In this document: piece by piece, positions 1-9,781 of the stretch
Numbering within the stretch: the stretch's first letter is position 1
Layout of the letters: each line of letters opens with the position of its first letter
From: Bdellovibrionales bacterium
Lineage (GTDB): Bacteria; Bdellovibrionota; Bdellovibrionia; Bdellovibrionales; UBA1609
Reading direction: 5' to 3'
Assembly: GCA_965199825.1 (NCBI GenBank)
Contig: OZ241329.1
Location: forward strand, 2,112,001-2,176,000
Length of the DNA: 64,000 bases
Notes under the pieces: generated by a model
Databases searched by the model: none
What the model was told of the DNA's origin: nothing
Seen by the model: the letters and a program-made list of their open reading frames with translations, nothing else
Position numbers and translations under genes: made by a program

Positions 1-1098
1 ATAAGCGGTGGACACACTCTCGGGTACGTCTTCACGAGCAAGTTCAGCAAGCGCATGGACGGCTGCTAATTTCATTTCTTCGTTGATTTGGGTCGCTCTC
101 ACATCAAGAGCACCCCGAAAAATAAATGGAAATCCCAAAACATTATTCACTTGGTTTGGAAAATCACTGCGGCCGGTCGCAATAATACAATCGGGTCTGA
201 TTTTTCGCGCAAATTCGGGATGAACTTCGGGATCGGGATTGGCCATCGCAAAGATGATTGGTTTTTCATTCATCGCGCGCAGCATCTCTTCGTTTAAAAC
301 CCCGGCGACACTGAGTCCGATGAACACATCAGCACCGTTTAAGGCCTCTGTGAGAGTTCGCCGATTGGTTTCAATCGCGAATTCTTCTTTCCATTTGTTC
401 ATTCCCTTTTCGCGGCCTTTAAAAATCACCCCATGGGAATCACACATCAAAATATTTTCTGGCAAAACACCTAGGCTCTTATAAATTCGTGCACATGAAA
501 TTGCGGCAGCCCCTGCGCCGTTAAACACAACTTTTGCATCTTTGATTTCACGTTTTGTCACAAGGCACGCATTGATCATGGCCGCAGCCGAAATAATCGC
601 GGTGCCGTGTTGATCATCATGAAAAACAGGAATTTGAAGTTCTTTTTTTAAAGTCTCTTCGATCACGAAACAATCTGGTGCTGCAATGTCTTCGAGATTG
701 ATTCCGCCAAAGGTGGGCTCAAGGGCTCTTACCACCGCAATAAATTCATCAGCGGTTTTGGCGTTGAGTTCGATATCAAACACATCGATGTCGGCAAATT
801 GTTTAAATAAAACACCTTTGCCCTCCATCACCGGCTTACCGGCTAAAGGTCCAATGTTTCCTAATCCGAGCACAGCGGTTCCATTGGTAATGACCGCAAC
901 TAAATTTCCTTTGCTTGTGTACTCGTAAGCTTTTGACGGATCTTTTGCGATCTCTTTACAAGGGGCCGCAACACCGGGCGAGTAGGCAAGCGCAAGCGAA
1001 TGCTCGGTGTTACAGGGCTTACTTGAGATAACTTCGACTTTTCCGGGTTTTGGTTTTGAGTGATATTCGAGGGCTTCGGCATCAAGAGTTTTGTTCAT
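1..1098 (-). CDS. maeB: NADP-dependent malic enzyme, N-terminal part (runs off the window edge)
   Basis: Missed by the ORF track. Manual translation from ATG 1098: [20 protein letters not shown]...[11 protein letters not shown]...[29 protein letters not shown]...NLEDI...[13 protein letters not shown]...GAGAAA. Confidence 0.93.
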   Translation of the reverse strand, partial: MNKTLDAEALEYHSKPKPGKVEVISSKPCNTEHSLALAYSPGVAAPCKEIAKDPSKAYEYTSKGNLVAVITNGTAVLGLGNIGPLAGKPVMEGKGVLFKQFADIDVFDIELNAKTADEFIAVVRALEPTFGGINLEDIAAPDCFVIEETLKKELQIPVFHDDQHGTAIISAAAMINACLVTKREIKDAKVVFNGAGAAAISCARIYKSLGVLPENILMCDSHGVIFKGREKGMNKWKEEFAIETNRRTLTEALNGADVFIGLSVAGVLNEEMLRAMNEKPIIFAMANPDPEVHPEFARKIRPDCIIATGRSDFPNQVNNVLGFPFIFRGALDVRATQINEEMKLAAVHALAELAREDVPESVSTAY

Positions 1099-1105
1099 CT
1101 TTGTG

Positions 1106-1134
1106 AATGTAGGGACTGGGGTGCGGACTGTCAA
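1106..1134 (-). promoter_or_regulatory. sigma70-type promoter of maeB, predicted leaderless
   Basis: TTGACA(1134-1129)-N17-TACATT(1111-1106)-N7-ATG(1098); no SD. Confidence 0.7.
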
Positions 1135-1208
1135 TTGCGCATCGATTGACAACAAATGACTTAAAGGCGCACGATTTTGTTTGAACATCTTGTGGGGGAG
1201 AATCCAAC

Positions 1209-2507
1209 ATGCCTAATAATCGAGACGTCGTCATCGTTGACGGCATTCGTACACCCTTTGCCAAAGCAGGTACAAAATTAAAAAGTGTTCATCCTGCTGA
1301 GCTTGGTCATATTGCGGTCAAAGAATTACTTGCGCGCACCCAAGTGAATGTCGAAGAGATCGACGAAGTGATCATCGGTAATACCGGAAACCCTTCTGAT
1401 GCGGTCAATGTTTCGCGCGTGGTGGCTTTGCGCTCAGGCATTCCACAAAAAGTTTCTGCATTTACGGTGCATCGCAATTGTGCCTCAGCGTTAGAAAGTA
1501 TTTCGATTGGTTTTGATAAAATTAAATCGGGTATGGCCGATGTTGTGGTTGCGGGCGGCACCGAGAGTATGTCGCAAATGCCCATGATTTTTTCGCAAGA
1601 ATTTGCCGACGTATTTGGCGAGTTTGCTTTTGCCAAAAGTCTTGGGGCCAAATTTTCGGCATTAAAAAAATTAAAATTAAAATATCTCAAACCCCGCATT
1701 GCGGTGGTCGAAGGTTTAACCGATCCTTTTGTTGGGATCAATATGGGTCAAACCGCAGAAATTATCGCCAAAGACTTTGGCCTGACCCGCGAGCAACAAG
1801 ATGAGTACGCATCAGAGAGTCATCATAAGGCGGTGGCGGCCCAAAAATCAGGACGATTGGCCGAAGAGATCACCCCGGTTTTTTTACCACCCAAATATAA
1901 AGAAGTGATCGCAAATGATGTGGGGCCTCGTGATGGTCAGTCACCAGCACAATTGGCAAAGCTAAAACCATTTTTTGATCGCAAGTATGGAACGATCACG
2001 GTGGGCAATGCTTGCCCTATTACGGATGGTGCAGCTGCGGTGTTGTTGATGAGTCGCGAAAAAGCACTCAGTCTTGGATACAAACCTCAGATCACCATTC
2101 GCAGTTACGGATTTGCGGGTCTTGAGCCTGAGCGCATGGGACTTGGGCCTGTGTACTCCACACCAAAAGCGCTCGCGCGTGCGGGATTAAAATTAAAAGA
2201 CATGGGACTTGTTGAACTCAACGAAGCATTTGCCGCCCAAGTGTTGGGTTGTATCCGTGCTTTTGAAAGTAAAAGTTTTGCTCAAGAAAAATTGGGTTTA
2301 TCAGAAGCTGTGGGCGAGATTCGTTTGGATCGTTTGAATGTGAATGGCGGAGCGATTGCGCTTGGTCATCCTGTTGGAGCCACCGGCACACGACTTGTTT
2401 TAACTTTGATGCGCGAAATGATGAAGCGCCAAGAGCAGTTTGGCCTTGCCACATTATGTATTGGTGGCGGCCAAGGGGGCTCAATGATTTTAGAGAGAGA
2501 GGCATAA
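1209..2507 (+). CDS. fadI: acetyl-CoA C-acyltransferase (thiolase, FadI/FadA type)
   Basis: Catalytic motifs [36 protein letters not shown]; adjacent to the FadJ-type gene. Confidence 0.88.
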   Translation: MPNNRDVVIVDGIRTPFAKAGTKLKSVHPAELGHIAVKELLARTQVNVEEIDEVIIGNTGNPSDAVNVSRVVALRSGIPQKVSAFTVHRNCASALESISIGFDKIKSGMADVVVAGGTESMSQMPMIFSQEFADVFGEFAFAKSLGAKFSALKKLKLKYLKPRIAVVEGLTDPFVGINMGQTAEIIAKDFGLTREQQDEYASESHHKAVAAQKSGRLAEEITPVFLPPKYKEVIANDVGPRDGQSPAQLAKLKPFFDRKYGTITVGNACPITDGAAAVLLMSREKALSLGYKPQITIRSYGFAGLEPERMGLGPVYSTPKALARAGLKLKDMGLVELNEAFAAQVLGCIRAFESKSFAQEKLGLSEAVGEIRLDRLNVNGGAIALGHPVGATGTRLVLTLMREMMKRQEQFGLATLCIGGGQGGSMILEREA

Positions 2508-2509
2508 AC

Positions 2510-4654
2510 GTGAGTTTTCAAGAGAGCATAAAAATTAGTCCAAAAGGTCATGTGGCCATTCTCGAATTTGATTTGGCAGGAGAAAAAGTCAACAAACTCT
2601 CCTCACCCGTGATGTCGCGTTTGCGTGAGGTCATTCAAGAATTGAAATCCTCGAGCTACAAAGCGGTGGTTGTTGTTTCAAAAAAACCAAAAATATTTAT
2701 CGCGGGCGCAGATATCGAAGAGATTAAAAAACTCACACGACCCGAGGAATACGCAAAAGTTTTAGAACAAGCTCACGAAATTTTTAATGCCTTTGAGGAT
2801 TTGCCGATGCCAACAATCATGGCAATCCACGGCGCCTGTTTGGGTGGAGGACTTGAGTTTGCGCTCTGTGCGGACTACCGCATTTGTTCCGATGATGACG
2901 GCACCAAGTTAGGATTGCCCGAAACAAAACTTGGAATCATTCCCGGATTTGGCGGATGCATTCGGCTACCCCGAGTGATTGGGCTCCAAAGTGCGCTTGA
3001 TATTATTCTTGCGGGCAAAGCAGTGGCAGGTAAAAAAGCGGTGAAGATGGGGCTCGTGGATGAGTGTGTGCCCCATGGAATTTTAGAGGCCAAAGCTCTG
3101 CAATATGCCGCCGAATGTGCCCAAGGCCAAAAAACAAAACGCAAAAAAACTTTTAAAGCCCAAGGCCTGGGTAAAATTTTAGAATCTTTTATCGGCCGGC
3201 CGATTGTGTTTTCTCAAGCACGCAAAATGGTGATGAGTCAGAGTAAGGGATTTTATCCCGCTCCGTTAAAAGCGTTGGAGGTAATTAAAAAAACCTATCC
3301 CTCGAGCAATCGCGAAAAAGCTTTAAAGATCGAACAAGAAGGTTTTTGCGAAGTGGCCGTCACCGCGGTGAGCAAAAATTTGATCAATGTTTTTTTTATG
3401 ATGGAAGCGGTTAAAAAACAAACCGGCATTTCGGCATCGGTCCTCCCAAAAAAAGTAAAAGCGATTGGAGTGCTCGGTGCAGGAACCATGGGTGGCGGAG
3501 TGGCCCAAGTGGCGGCCGATCGCGGGATCGAAGTGCGCCTCAAAGATATCAACACCGGAGCTTTGGCAATTGGTTATAAGGCAGCTCGTGATGTGTGGCA
3601 AAAAATGATGCAACGAAAGCAAATCACCAAATACGATCTCGATCGTAAAATGGCTTTGATCAGCGGTGGAATTGATTACGCAGGTTTCAAAAAACTCGAT
3701 GTGACCATCGAAGCCATTGTCGAAGATATGAACGTCAAAAAAAAGGTTTTAAAAGAAACCGAAGGTCAACTGAGACCCGATGCTTTTTTAGCCACAAACA
3801 CTTCCTCCTTAAGTGTGACCGAAATGGCCGAAGCCTTGGAGCGTCCCGAAAATTTTGTGGGCATGCATTTTTTTAATCCGGTAAATAAAATGCCTTTAGT
3901 CGAAGTGATTCGTGGTGTGAAATCAAGCGATGAGGCTACAGCAACAGTGTTTGAGCTTGCAAAAAAAATGGGTAAAATGCCGGTCGTGGTAAAAGACGGC
4001 ACAGGATTTTTGGTCAATCGTCTGCTTTTACCTTGGATGATTGAAGGCCTATTTATTTTGCAAGATGGAATGAGTATTGAAAAAGTTGATCATATGTACA
4101 CCCATCATTTTGGAATGCCCATGGGGCCATTTCGATTGATGGACGAAGTGGGTCTTGATGTGTGCATTAAGATCGTTAAAATTTTTCGCAAATCCTTGGG
4201 CGAGCGGATTGAAGTCCCAGCAATTACCGAGCTCTTAGGTGCGAGCGGCCGCCTTGGTCGAAAAAACGGTAAAGGTTTTTATCTCTATGACGAATCGGGA
4301 AAACAATTGGGTGTGGACAAGGCAATTTATGCTGAACTTAAACTCAAAGAGCCTACAAATCCGTTAACCGAAAAAGAGTGCATTGAGCGCGGAATTTTTC
4401 AGATGATCAATGAGGCGGCCCTTGCGCTCATTGAAGATCATATTGTTGAGGAACCACAAAATGTGGACTTGGCAATGATTATGGGTACGGGCTTTCCGCC
4501 CTTTCGTGGCGGGCTTTTACGATATGCCGACACCATTGGAACAAAAACCATTGTTCAAGAGCTCGAAGGTTACGCTTCGCGCTTTGGTCCGCGTCTAAAG
4601 CCATCGATTCCTCTCGTCAACCTTGCAAAAAGCGAGAAGACTTTCTACTCCTAA
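2510..4654 (+). CDS. fadJ: fatty acid oxidation complex alpha subunit (enoyl-CoA hydratase / 3-hydroxyacyl-CoA dehydrogenase)
   Basis: FIAGADI, GGGLE, LPE crotonase motifs; GAGTMG, TNTSSL, GMHFFNPV HAD motifs; likely GTG start at 2510 just after the thiolase stop. Confidence 0.88.
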   Translation: MSFQESIKISPKGHVAILEFDLAGEKVNKLSSPVMSRLREVIQELKSSSYKAVVVVSKKPKIFIAGADIEEIKKLTRPEEYAKVLEQAHEIFNAFEDLPMPTIMAIHGACLGGGLEFALCADYRICSDDDGTKLGLPETKLGIIPGFGGCIRLPRVIGLQSALDIILAGKAVAGKKAVKMGLVDECVPHGILEAKALQYAAECAQGQKTKRKKTFKAQGLGKILESFIGRPIVFSQARKMVMSQSKGFYPAPLKALEVIKKTYPSSNREKALKIEQEGFCEVAVTAVSKNLINVFFMMEAVKKQTGISASVLPKKVKAIGVLGAGTMGGGVAQVAADRGIEVRLKDINTGALAIGYKAARDVWQKMMQRKQITKYDLDRKMALISGGIDYAGFKKLDVTIEAIVEDMNVKKKVLKETEGQLRPDAFLATNTSSLSVTEMAEALERPENFVGMHFFNPVNKMPLVEVIRGVKSSDEATATVFELAKKMGKMPVVVKDGTGFLVNRLLLPWMIEGLFILQDGMSIEKVDHMYTHHFGMPMGPFRLMDEVGLDVCIKIVKIFRKSLGERIEVPAITELLGASGRLGRKNGKGFYLYDESGKQLGVDKAIYAELKLKEPTNPLTEKECIERGIFQMINEAALALIEDHIVEEPQNVDLAMIMGTGFPPFRGGLLRYADTIGTKTIVQELEGYASRFGPRLKPSIPLVNLAKSEKTFYS

Positions 4655-4659
4655 GTGCT

Positions 4660-5739
4660 ATGCCTTCGCACTTTCACTTTAATGCCAAGATTTTGGGTTC
4701 GATCTTAAAAGCGGATTCGCCGCTGGAGATCAGAACCCTTGATCTTCAGAATCTCAATCAAGCCAATGATTTTATCAAAGCCTACGGATATGATTTGAAT
4801 CTCCCAGAGGATGAACAAAAATTATGGGACTATCATAAAAGAGCCTGTGATTTTATTTCGAGCGAACTTTTAAATTCAAACGAGCATATCCCCGAAGCCA
4901 TTTCGAATCGCGAACTGCTCAAAGATCTTAAATATCTTTTGATTTATGCAAGCACCCAAGATTCGCGGCCCGAGAGCTTAAAGGCTTGGTCTTGCGCACT
5001 ATTGAGGGTGATGCATGTGCTCGCCCATATTCATAACGATTTGTTTACCGCTTACTCCTCACAAATCAGTGAGCAGATTGTAAAGCCCTTTCAAAATTGT
5101 GTGTTTGAAGAAGATGAAACTTTATTTTTGGGATCAAAGTCAGAGACCGAGCGCATCGAGCTCAAAAAATTTGAAATCAAATCTTTTAAAAGCAGTGACT
5201 CTTCAATCCTAAAATTGTTGGCAAAACGCGAAGCCATTGCCTTCGGAATTTTAGACAAGATTGGGATCCGATTTATCACCGCCACCAAGTTTGATACCTT
5301 TCGAGTTCTGCGCTACCTCAATGACAAAAGTATAATTAGTTTTCCACAAGGTGTGGTGGGGCAGAGTAACAATACGCTTTATCCCTTTAATTTATTTTTA
5401 GAGGTGATGGAGTCTTTGAGTTCGGGCCACAATTTAACCTCAGAACAAGTGGATGAGCTTTTAGACAGCAAGCTCAAAGAAGAATCCTTGAGGGCCGAAT
5501 ACATCGAAAAAACAAACATCTTTTCGGGCACCGATTATAAATTTATAAAATTTATTTCTCGCAGGCTTATTCGGATTTCACTCAGTGGAAGCCAATTTTC
5601 ATTTTTTTATCCCTTTGAAGTTCAACTGATTGATGCAAAAACTCATGCCCAAAACCTTTTTGGCGCAAGCTCTCACGACGAGTACAAAAAGCGCCAGCGC
5701 GGCGCCGCCCGCCGCCGGATTTTGGGTGAAGGGGCTTGA
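4660..5739 (+). CDS. TIGR04552-like protein with RelA/SpoT-type nucleotidyltransferase motifs
   Basis: KSSDSSILKLLAK...DKIGIRF...PFEVQL...SHDEYKKRQ; family recognised from memory, not searched. Confidence 0.65.
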   Translation: MPSHFHFNAKILGSILKADSPLEIRTLDLQNLNQANDFIKAYGYDLNLPEDEQKLWDYHKRACDFISSELLNSNEHIPEAISNRELLKDLKYLLIYASTQDSRPESLKAWSCALLRVMHVLAHIHNDLFTAYSSQISEQIVKPFQNCVFEEDETLFLGSKSETERIELKKFEIKSFKSSDSSILKLLAKREAIAFGILDKIGIRFITATKFDTFRVLRYLNDKSIISFPQGVVGQSNNTLYPFNLFLEVMESLSSGHNLTSEQVDELLDSKLKEESLRAEYIEKTNIFSGTDYKFIKFISRRLIRISLSGSQFSFFYPFEVQLIDAKTHAQNLFGASSHDEYKKRQRGAARRRILGEGA

Positions 5740-5799
5740 GGGTTTGGTGGGGTTTTGGTTTGGGGTTTGCGTTGGTGAGCTGCCTGCTGTGGCCTTGAA

Positions 5800-6090
5800 C
5801 TTGCTGTCGATTTGATTTCAAAAAAAGTAAGAATGGATTGTCTTAAATCGTTTGCTCCTGATTTGATTACCCAGAGCTTTGAATTTTTGTGACGATTAGA
5901 CCAAGCTTGGTTTGCTGAATACTTAATTTGTGACGAATTGACCGGCGCATAGTCTCTTCAAAGGTTCAAATTTTTGCGACGATTTGATCTGAACTTGGTG
6001 AGCCGGAATAATTAAACTTTTGTGACGTTTTGACTGAGCTTGTTTACCCAGATCGTTTAAATTTAAATGTCGATTTGATTAAAGCCTCTG
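5800..6090. repeat. degenerate tandem array of about 7 units (period ~41-50 bp) at the 3' end of RAYT-like gene 1
   Basis: Core TTTGTGACGAWTWGAC at 5886, 5927, 5973, 6019; weaker copies near 5801, 5851 and 6065 (the last inside the CDS). Confidence 0.8.
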
Positions 6091-6577
6091 CCACACTCCG
6101 CATAAAACCTTGGGCTTCAAGAATATTGATTTCGATATACTGACAAACACCAACAAAATCTTTCCGTCCTTGAGTCACGCGAGTAAAAGGGCGGAGATCG
6201 AAAAACTTGCCCACAATATTTGTGGAGCGGTTTAGTTTTTTTATCCCCGTCACAATTGCCGACGTGAGAGCCCTGATGAAGGGTTTATAAGTGAAACGAT
6301 TAGAAAGCTTAATATGCAGATGAATGTGATTTCCAACGTTTGCCAAACCAATCACCTGGATTGAAAATCGCCGCGCAAATTTCTGAATGTAATGCTCAAT
6401 GACCGTCTTGTTTTTAGGTTTTAAAAAGGACAAGTCGTCGATCGCCTGTGATGAGCGTAAAATAAGATGAATTGTATTCTTCGTATCCAACGGCCTAGGG
6501 CCACGTCCTTTTCGCTTGCGGTAAAGCTCACCCCCATGAGCGTGACTTTGATTTTTAAAAAAGCTCTCCTGCTTCAT
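6044..6577 (-). mobile_element. HUH Y1 tyrosine transposase, RAYT-like (IS200/IS605 superfamily), copy 1
   Basis: HLILRS, HUH motif GNHIH, FFDLRP.TR, catalytic YIEIN (YxxxN as in RAYTs). Start at ATG 6577 (MKQESFF), supported by the paralog's MKQ start and by promoter position. Confidence 0.8.
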
Positions 6578-6583
6578 AAAAGT

Positions 6584-6612
6584 AAGATAAACAAAATTTA
6601 GATATAAGTCAA
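6584..6612 (-). promoter_or_regulatory. sigma70-type promoter of RAYT-like gene 1, predicted leaderless
   Basis: TTGACT(6612-6607)-N17-TATCTT(6589-6584)-N6-ATG(6577). Confidence 0.7.
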
Positions 6613-7116
6613 AAAAAAGTTCATATATTTTAAGAATTTTATATAAATTAATTATGTTTAATTTGAGCGAAGGTGTTGAGTTCAAACGAACGGCTAATTA
6701 CACAGAATTTCATTTAGGCTGCAAGGTTTTTGGCACTGATAGGAACCCCAAATATTTGATCATATGTAAAATCTATGATCGCAACAATCTCGATTTGACC
6801 TTCCGATTCAAATCCAACGCCTACAAATAAAACATATTTAATTTATGGTGATCAAAGGTTTCAGCGCCTTGCAGCATAGAGCTTTGGATTGGGCCTGGAA
6901 TTCAAAGAGCCAACTTCCTCATTGCAAGACAGAAGAGGACCTTAATTTTTCCAGTAAAAAAGGACTCAAAACTATCACCCGCCACCGGCGCATCCAACCA
7001 GCCACCGCGAAACCCCCACACCAAACAACACCAACCCACTCCCAAATTCCAAACATAAAAATTGTATCGAAATTCATCGCTAGGTATACCGATCGTATAA
7101 GACGAGGGGTTAACGA

Positions 7117-8124
7117 ATGAAATGTTTGTGGGTATTGTTATTAGCGGCTAAGGCGTTTGCGGTTGAGCCCTTGGGACATTTAGAAATTCGTGATGTTTTA
7201 TTAAGACCTTCGTTTTCGATCAAGGAGCCCTCAAATGGGGAGTTCTCCATTGGGGAATCTTCGCTCGCTTTTGGATGGCGACGTGATGAGACCTTTTCAT
7301 CTTTTGTACTTTTAGGTGAGCGCACACTTTTAAATCAGCCAGCCATTTTTACTCCGCTCCAAAATCCGGATGACCTCACCTTTGTAGAGGCTTATGCCCA
7401 GATCGAAGGGCCCTATGGACGATTTCGGATCGGAAGAATTCCGATTGATTATGGTGGAGAAGGGGAGCTGCGAGAATCCGAGTTGATGTTTCCGCGCAGT
7501 TATTTATTTTCTCGTGGGGTGAGTGCCTTAAGAGATTTAGGAATGAGTTTTGCCATTCGTAATAACGGTTTTTTTACCCGCCTTGCGATTCATCAAGGAG
7601 AGGTTGCCAAAAATCTAGATGGTCGCATGTGGTACACGGCTGCTTGGGGCTGGTCAGATGAGGAGCAATTCGAAATCGGGGTGATGGGCACAACGGGCCG
7701 CACTTCGCCGCTCTCCACGTTGGGAAGTACTTCGACACTTGCCAATTTTGATCCCACCTTAAGTTCGAAGTGGACCATGTGGGGGCTATTTGCAAAATAT
7801 CATCCCAAGGATTTTAAAATATTGGGCGATGTGACCATCGGTCAAAATCAACAAAACGGAAGTCAAAATTTTACGGTGGGACATCTTGATCTCGCCTACG
7901 ACATCAGCAGTAATTTTTCGGTGCAAACCCGATTCGATGGTTACAACCCCCACTCGAGCACCAATGAGTTTGCCAAAACATTTTCGCTTGGCACGGCCTA
8001 TCGCTCGGATCATGACACCACCGTTATTTATCTGATTGCGAGCAAACGTTGGGAGCTTGAGCAAAGTACCGAATTTCGCCTGATCTTAAGACTCACCCCG
8101 CTGCCCTCCACAACTCTTTTTTGA
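7117..8124 (+). CDS. secreted protein, probable outer-membrane beta-barrel/porin
   Basis: Signal peptide ending AFA; alternating beta strands; 'EAY..' and 'RDLG' porin-like motifs; SD GAGGGG. Confidence 0.55.
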   Translation: MKCLWVLLLAAKAFAVEPLGHLEIRDVLLRPSFSIKEPSNGEFSIGESSLAFGWRRDETFSSFVLLGERTLLNQPAIFTPLQNPDDLTFVEAYAQIEGPYGRFRIGRIPIDYGGEGELRESELMFPRSYLFSRGVSALRDLGMSFAIRNNGFFTRLAIHQGEVAKNLDGRMWYTAAWGWSDEEQFEIGVMGTTGRTSPLSTLGSTSTLANFDPTLSSKWTMWGLFAKYHPKDFKILGDVTIGQNQQNGSQNFTVGHLDLAYDISSNFSVQTRFDGYNPHSSTNEFAKTFSLGTAYRSDHDTTVIYLIASKRWELEQSTEFRLILRLTPLPSTTLF

Positions 8125-8167
8125 CGCCCGTGATGCGATTGTTTATAACCGTCTGGGGGTAAATCAA

Positions 8168-9013
8168 ATGTTTAAAAACGTTGGCGTCATCGGTGCAGGA
8201 CAAATGGGTTCGGGTATTGCTCAGGTGATCGCAGCTCATGATATTTCGGTATATCTGATGGATGTGCATCAAGCCTCACTCGATAAAGCCTTAAAAACTA
8301 TCGAAACCAGTTGTGATCGATTGATCAAAAAACAGACCTTAACTCTTGAACACAAAAATCAAATTCTAAAAAATATTAAAACGACCACAAGCTATAATTC
8401 TTTTGCCGATTGCGATCTGGTGATTGAGGCGGCTACCGAAAATGAATCACTTAAACTAAAAATATTTAAAGAAGTGGACGGGATTGCTAAAAACGCATTT
8501 CTTTGCACCAACACCTCGAGCCTTTCGATAACAAAGATTGCGGCTCACACCACTCGGCCTGACCAAGTGGCGGGACTTCATTTTATGAATCCGGTACCAA
8601 TCATGAAATTGGTTGAAGGGATCAAGGGCCTCCAGACCAATAATGAAATGTTTGAAAAGCTCAAAAAATTTTCCGAAAGTCTTGGCAAAACGTTTGTTGA
8701 AAGTAAAGACATGCCCGGATTTGTGGTCAACCGTATCTTGATGCCAATGATCAATGAGGCTTTTTTTGCATTGCAAGAGGGCTTAAGCGAAGCCCGCTCG
8801 ATTGATGAGGCAATGAAGCTTGGCACCAATCAGCCGATGGGCCCACTCGAGCTTGCCGATTTTATCGGCCTTGATACCTGCTTGTCGATTATGGATGTTC
8901 TTTATGATGGGCTTGGCGACGGAAAGTATCGCGCCTCGCCCTTGTTAAAAAAATATGTCGAAGCGGGTTGGTTTGGTCGAAAAACCAAACGCGGTGTTTA
9001 TCAGTATGAGTAG
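8168..9013 (+). CDS. hbd: 3-hydroxybutyryl-CoA dehydrogenase
   Basis: GAGQMGSGIAQ, EAATEN, TNTSSLSI, HFMNPVP, PMGPLELADFIGLD. Confidence 0.88.
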   Translation: MFKNVGVIGAGQMGSGIAQVIAAHDISVYLMDVHQASLDKALKTIETSCDRLIKKQTLTLEHKNQILKNIKTTTSYNSFADCDLVIEAATENESLKLKIFKEVDGIAKNAFLCTNTSSLSITKIAAHTTRPDQVAGLHFMNPVPIMKLVEGIKGLQTNNEMFEKLKKFSESLGKTFVESKDMPGFVVNRILMPMINEAFFALQEGLSEARSIDEAMKLGTNQPMGPLELADFIGLDTCLSIMDVLYDGLGDGKYRASPLLKKYVEAGWFGRKTKRGVYQYE

Positions 9014-9779
9014 TTTTGAGTTTGTAAAAGAAGGCTCAATCGGAATTTTAACTTTTACTCGCGAAGCCCAACTCAATTCTTTGAATAAAAAAGTCCTCTC
9101 CGATCTTGAAACTTTGATTTTATCACTCGAGCAAGAGCCACATTTTAAAGTTTTAATCTTAATCGGAGCTGGAAAAGCCTTTGTGGCGGGCGCCGATATT
9201 AAAGAACTTCAAGATGTCAAAAGCGATGAGGCCTTGGAGCTCTCGCGCACTGGCCAAAGAATTTTTGGTTTGATCGAAGACGCACGCTTTGTCAGCATTG
9301 CGGCGGTGAATGGGTTTGCCCTTGGTGGCGGATTCGAACTCGCTTTGGCCTGCGATATTTGTTTGGGGAGTGAAAGCGCCAAGGTTGGCTTACCAGAAGT
9401 GAGCTTAGGCCTCATTCCGGGATATGGCGGAACCCAGCGCCTTGCACGCCAGATTGGGAAAAGCCGGGCACAGTATCTGATATTTTCGGGCGTGATGTTA
9501 AAGGCCCAAAAAGCATTTCAATACGGATTGTTTAGCGATATTTTTCCTGACCAGGAACTATTAGACGAAGCAAAAAAATTGGCCAAAATCATTGCGGGCA
9601 AAAGTTTTTCGGCTCTCCGATTAGCCAAAAAAGTAATTCAAAAAGGTTTAGATCATAATTTAAAAGAGGGATTATCTTTTGAGGCGGTGGCTTTTTCGGC
9701 AGCCTTCGAGAGTCCCGATCACACCGAGGGCCTAAAGGCCTTTATCGAAAAACGCACCCCGCATTTTCAAGGAGAATAA
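9006..9779 (+). CDS. crt: enoyl-CoA hydratase (crotonase)
   Basis: FVAGADI, GFALGGGFELALACD, LPEVSLGLIPGYGGTQRL; ATG 9006 overlaps the hbd 3' end. Confidence 0.85.
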   Translation: MSSFEFVKEGSIGILTFTREAQLNSLNKKVLSDLETLILSLEQEPHFKVLILIGAGKAFVAGADIKELQDVKSDEALELSRTGQRIFGLIEDARFVSIAAVNGFALGGGFELALACDICLGSESAKVGLPEVSLGLIPGYGGTQRLARQIGKSRAQYLIFSGVMLKAQKAFQYGLFSDIFPDQELLDEAKKLAKIIAGKSFSALRLAKKVIQKGLDHNLKEGLSFEAVAFSAAFESPDHTEGLKAFIEKRTPHFQGE

Positions 9780-9781
9780 TT

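Noticed and set aside
8..1264. Short ORFs in the track over 8-1264, and similar shadow ORFs opposite long genes throughout
   Set aside because: They are antisense or off-frame shadows of maeB and other well-supported genes and have no motifs
5800..6090. CRISPR array
   Set aside because: Repeats are degenerate, spacers are short (~17-20 nt) and alternately homologous, and there are no cas genes in the window
6578..6685. 36-aa N-terminal extension of RAYT-like gene 1 in the ORF track
   Set aside because: It runs through the AT-rich promoter; the paralog starts at MKQ
5708..6988. CCCGCC(G/A)CCGG direct repeat (5708 and 6978) as a target-site duplication
   Set aside because: Only 10/11 identity, one copy lies inside a CDS, and Y1 HUH enzymes do not make TSDs
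6845..7120. 91-aa ORF upstream of the porin-like gene (also 5582-5821 and 5630-5815)
   Set aside because: These frames stay open because of the low-complexity C/A- and G/T-rich arms and do not look protein-like
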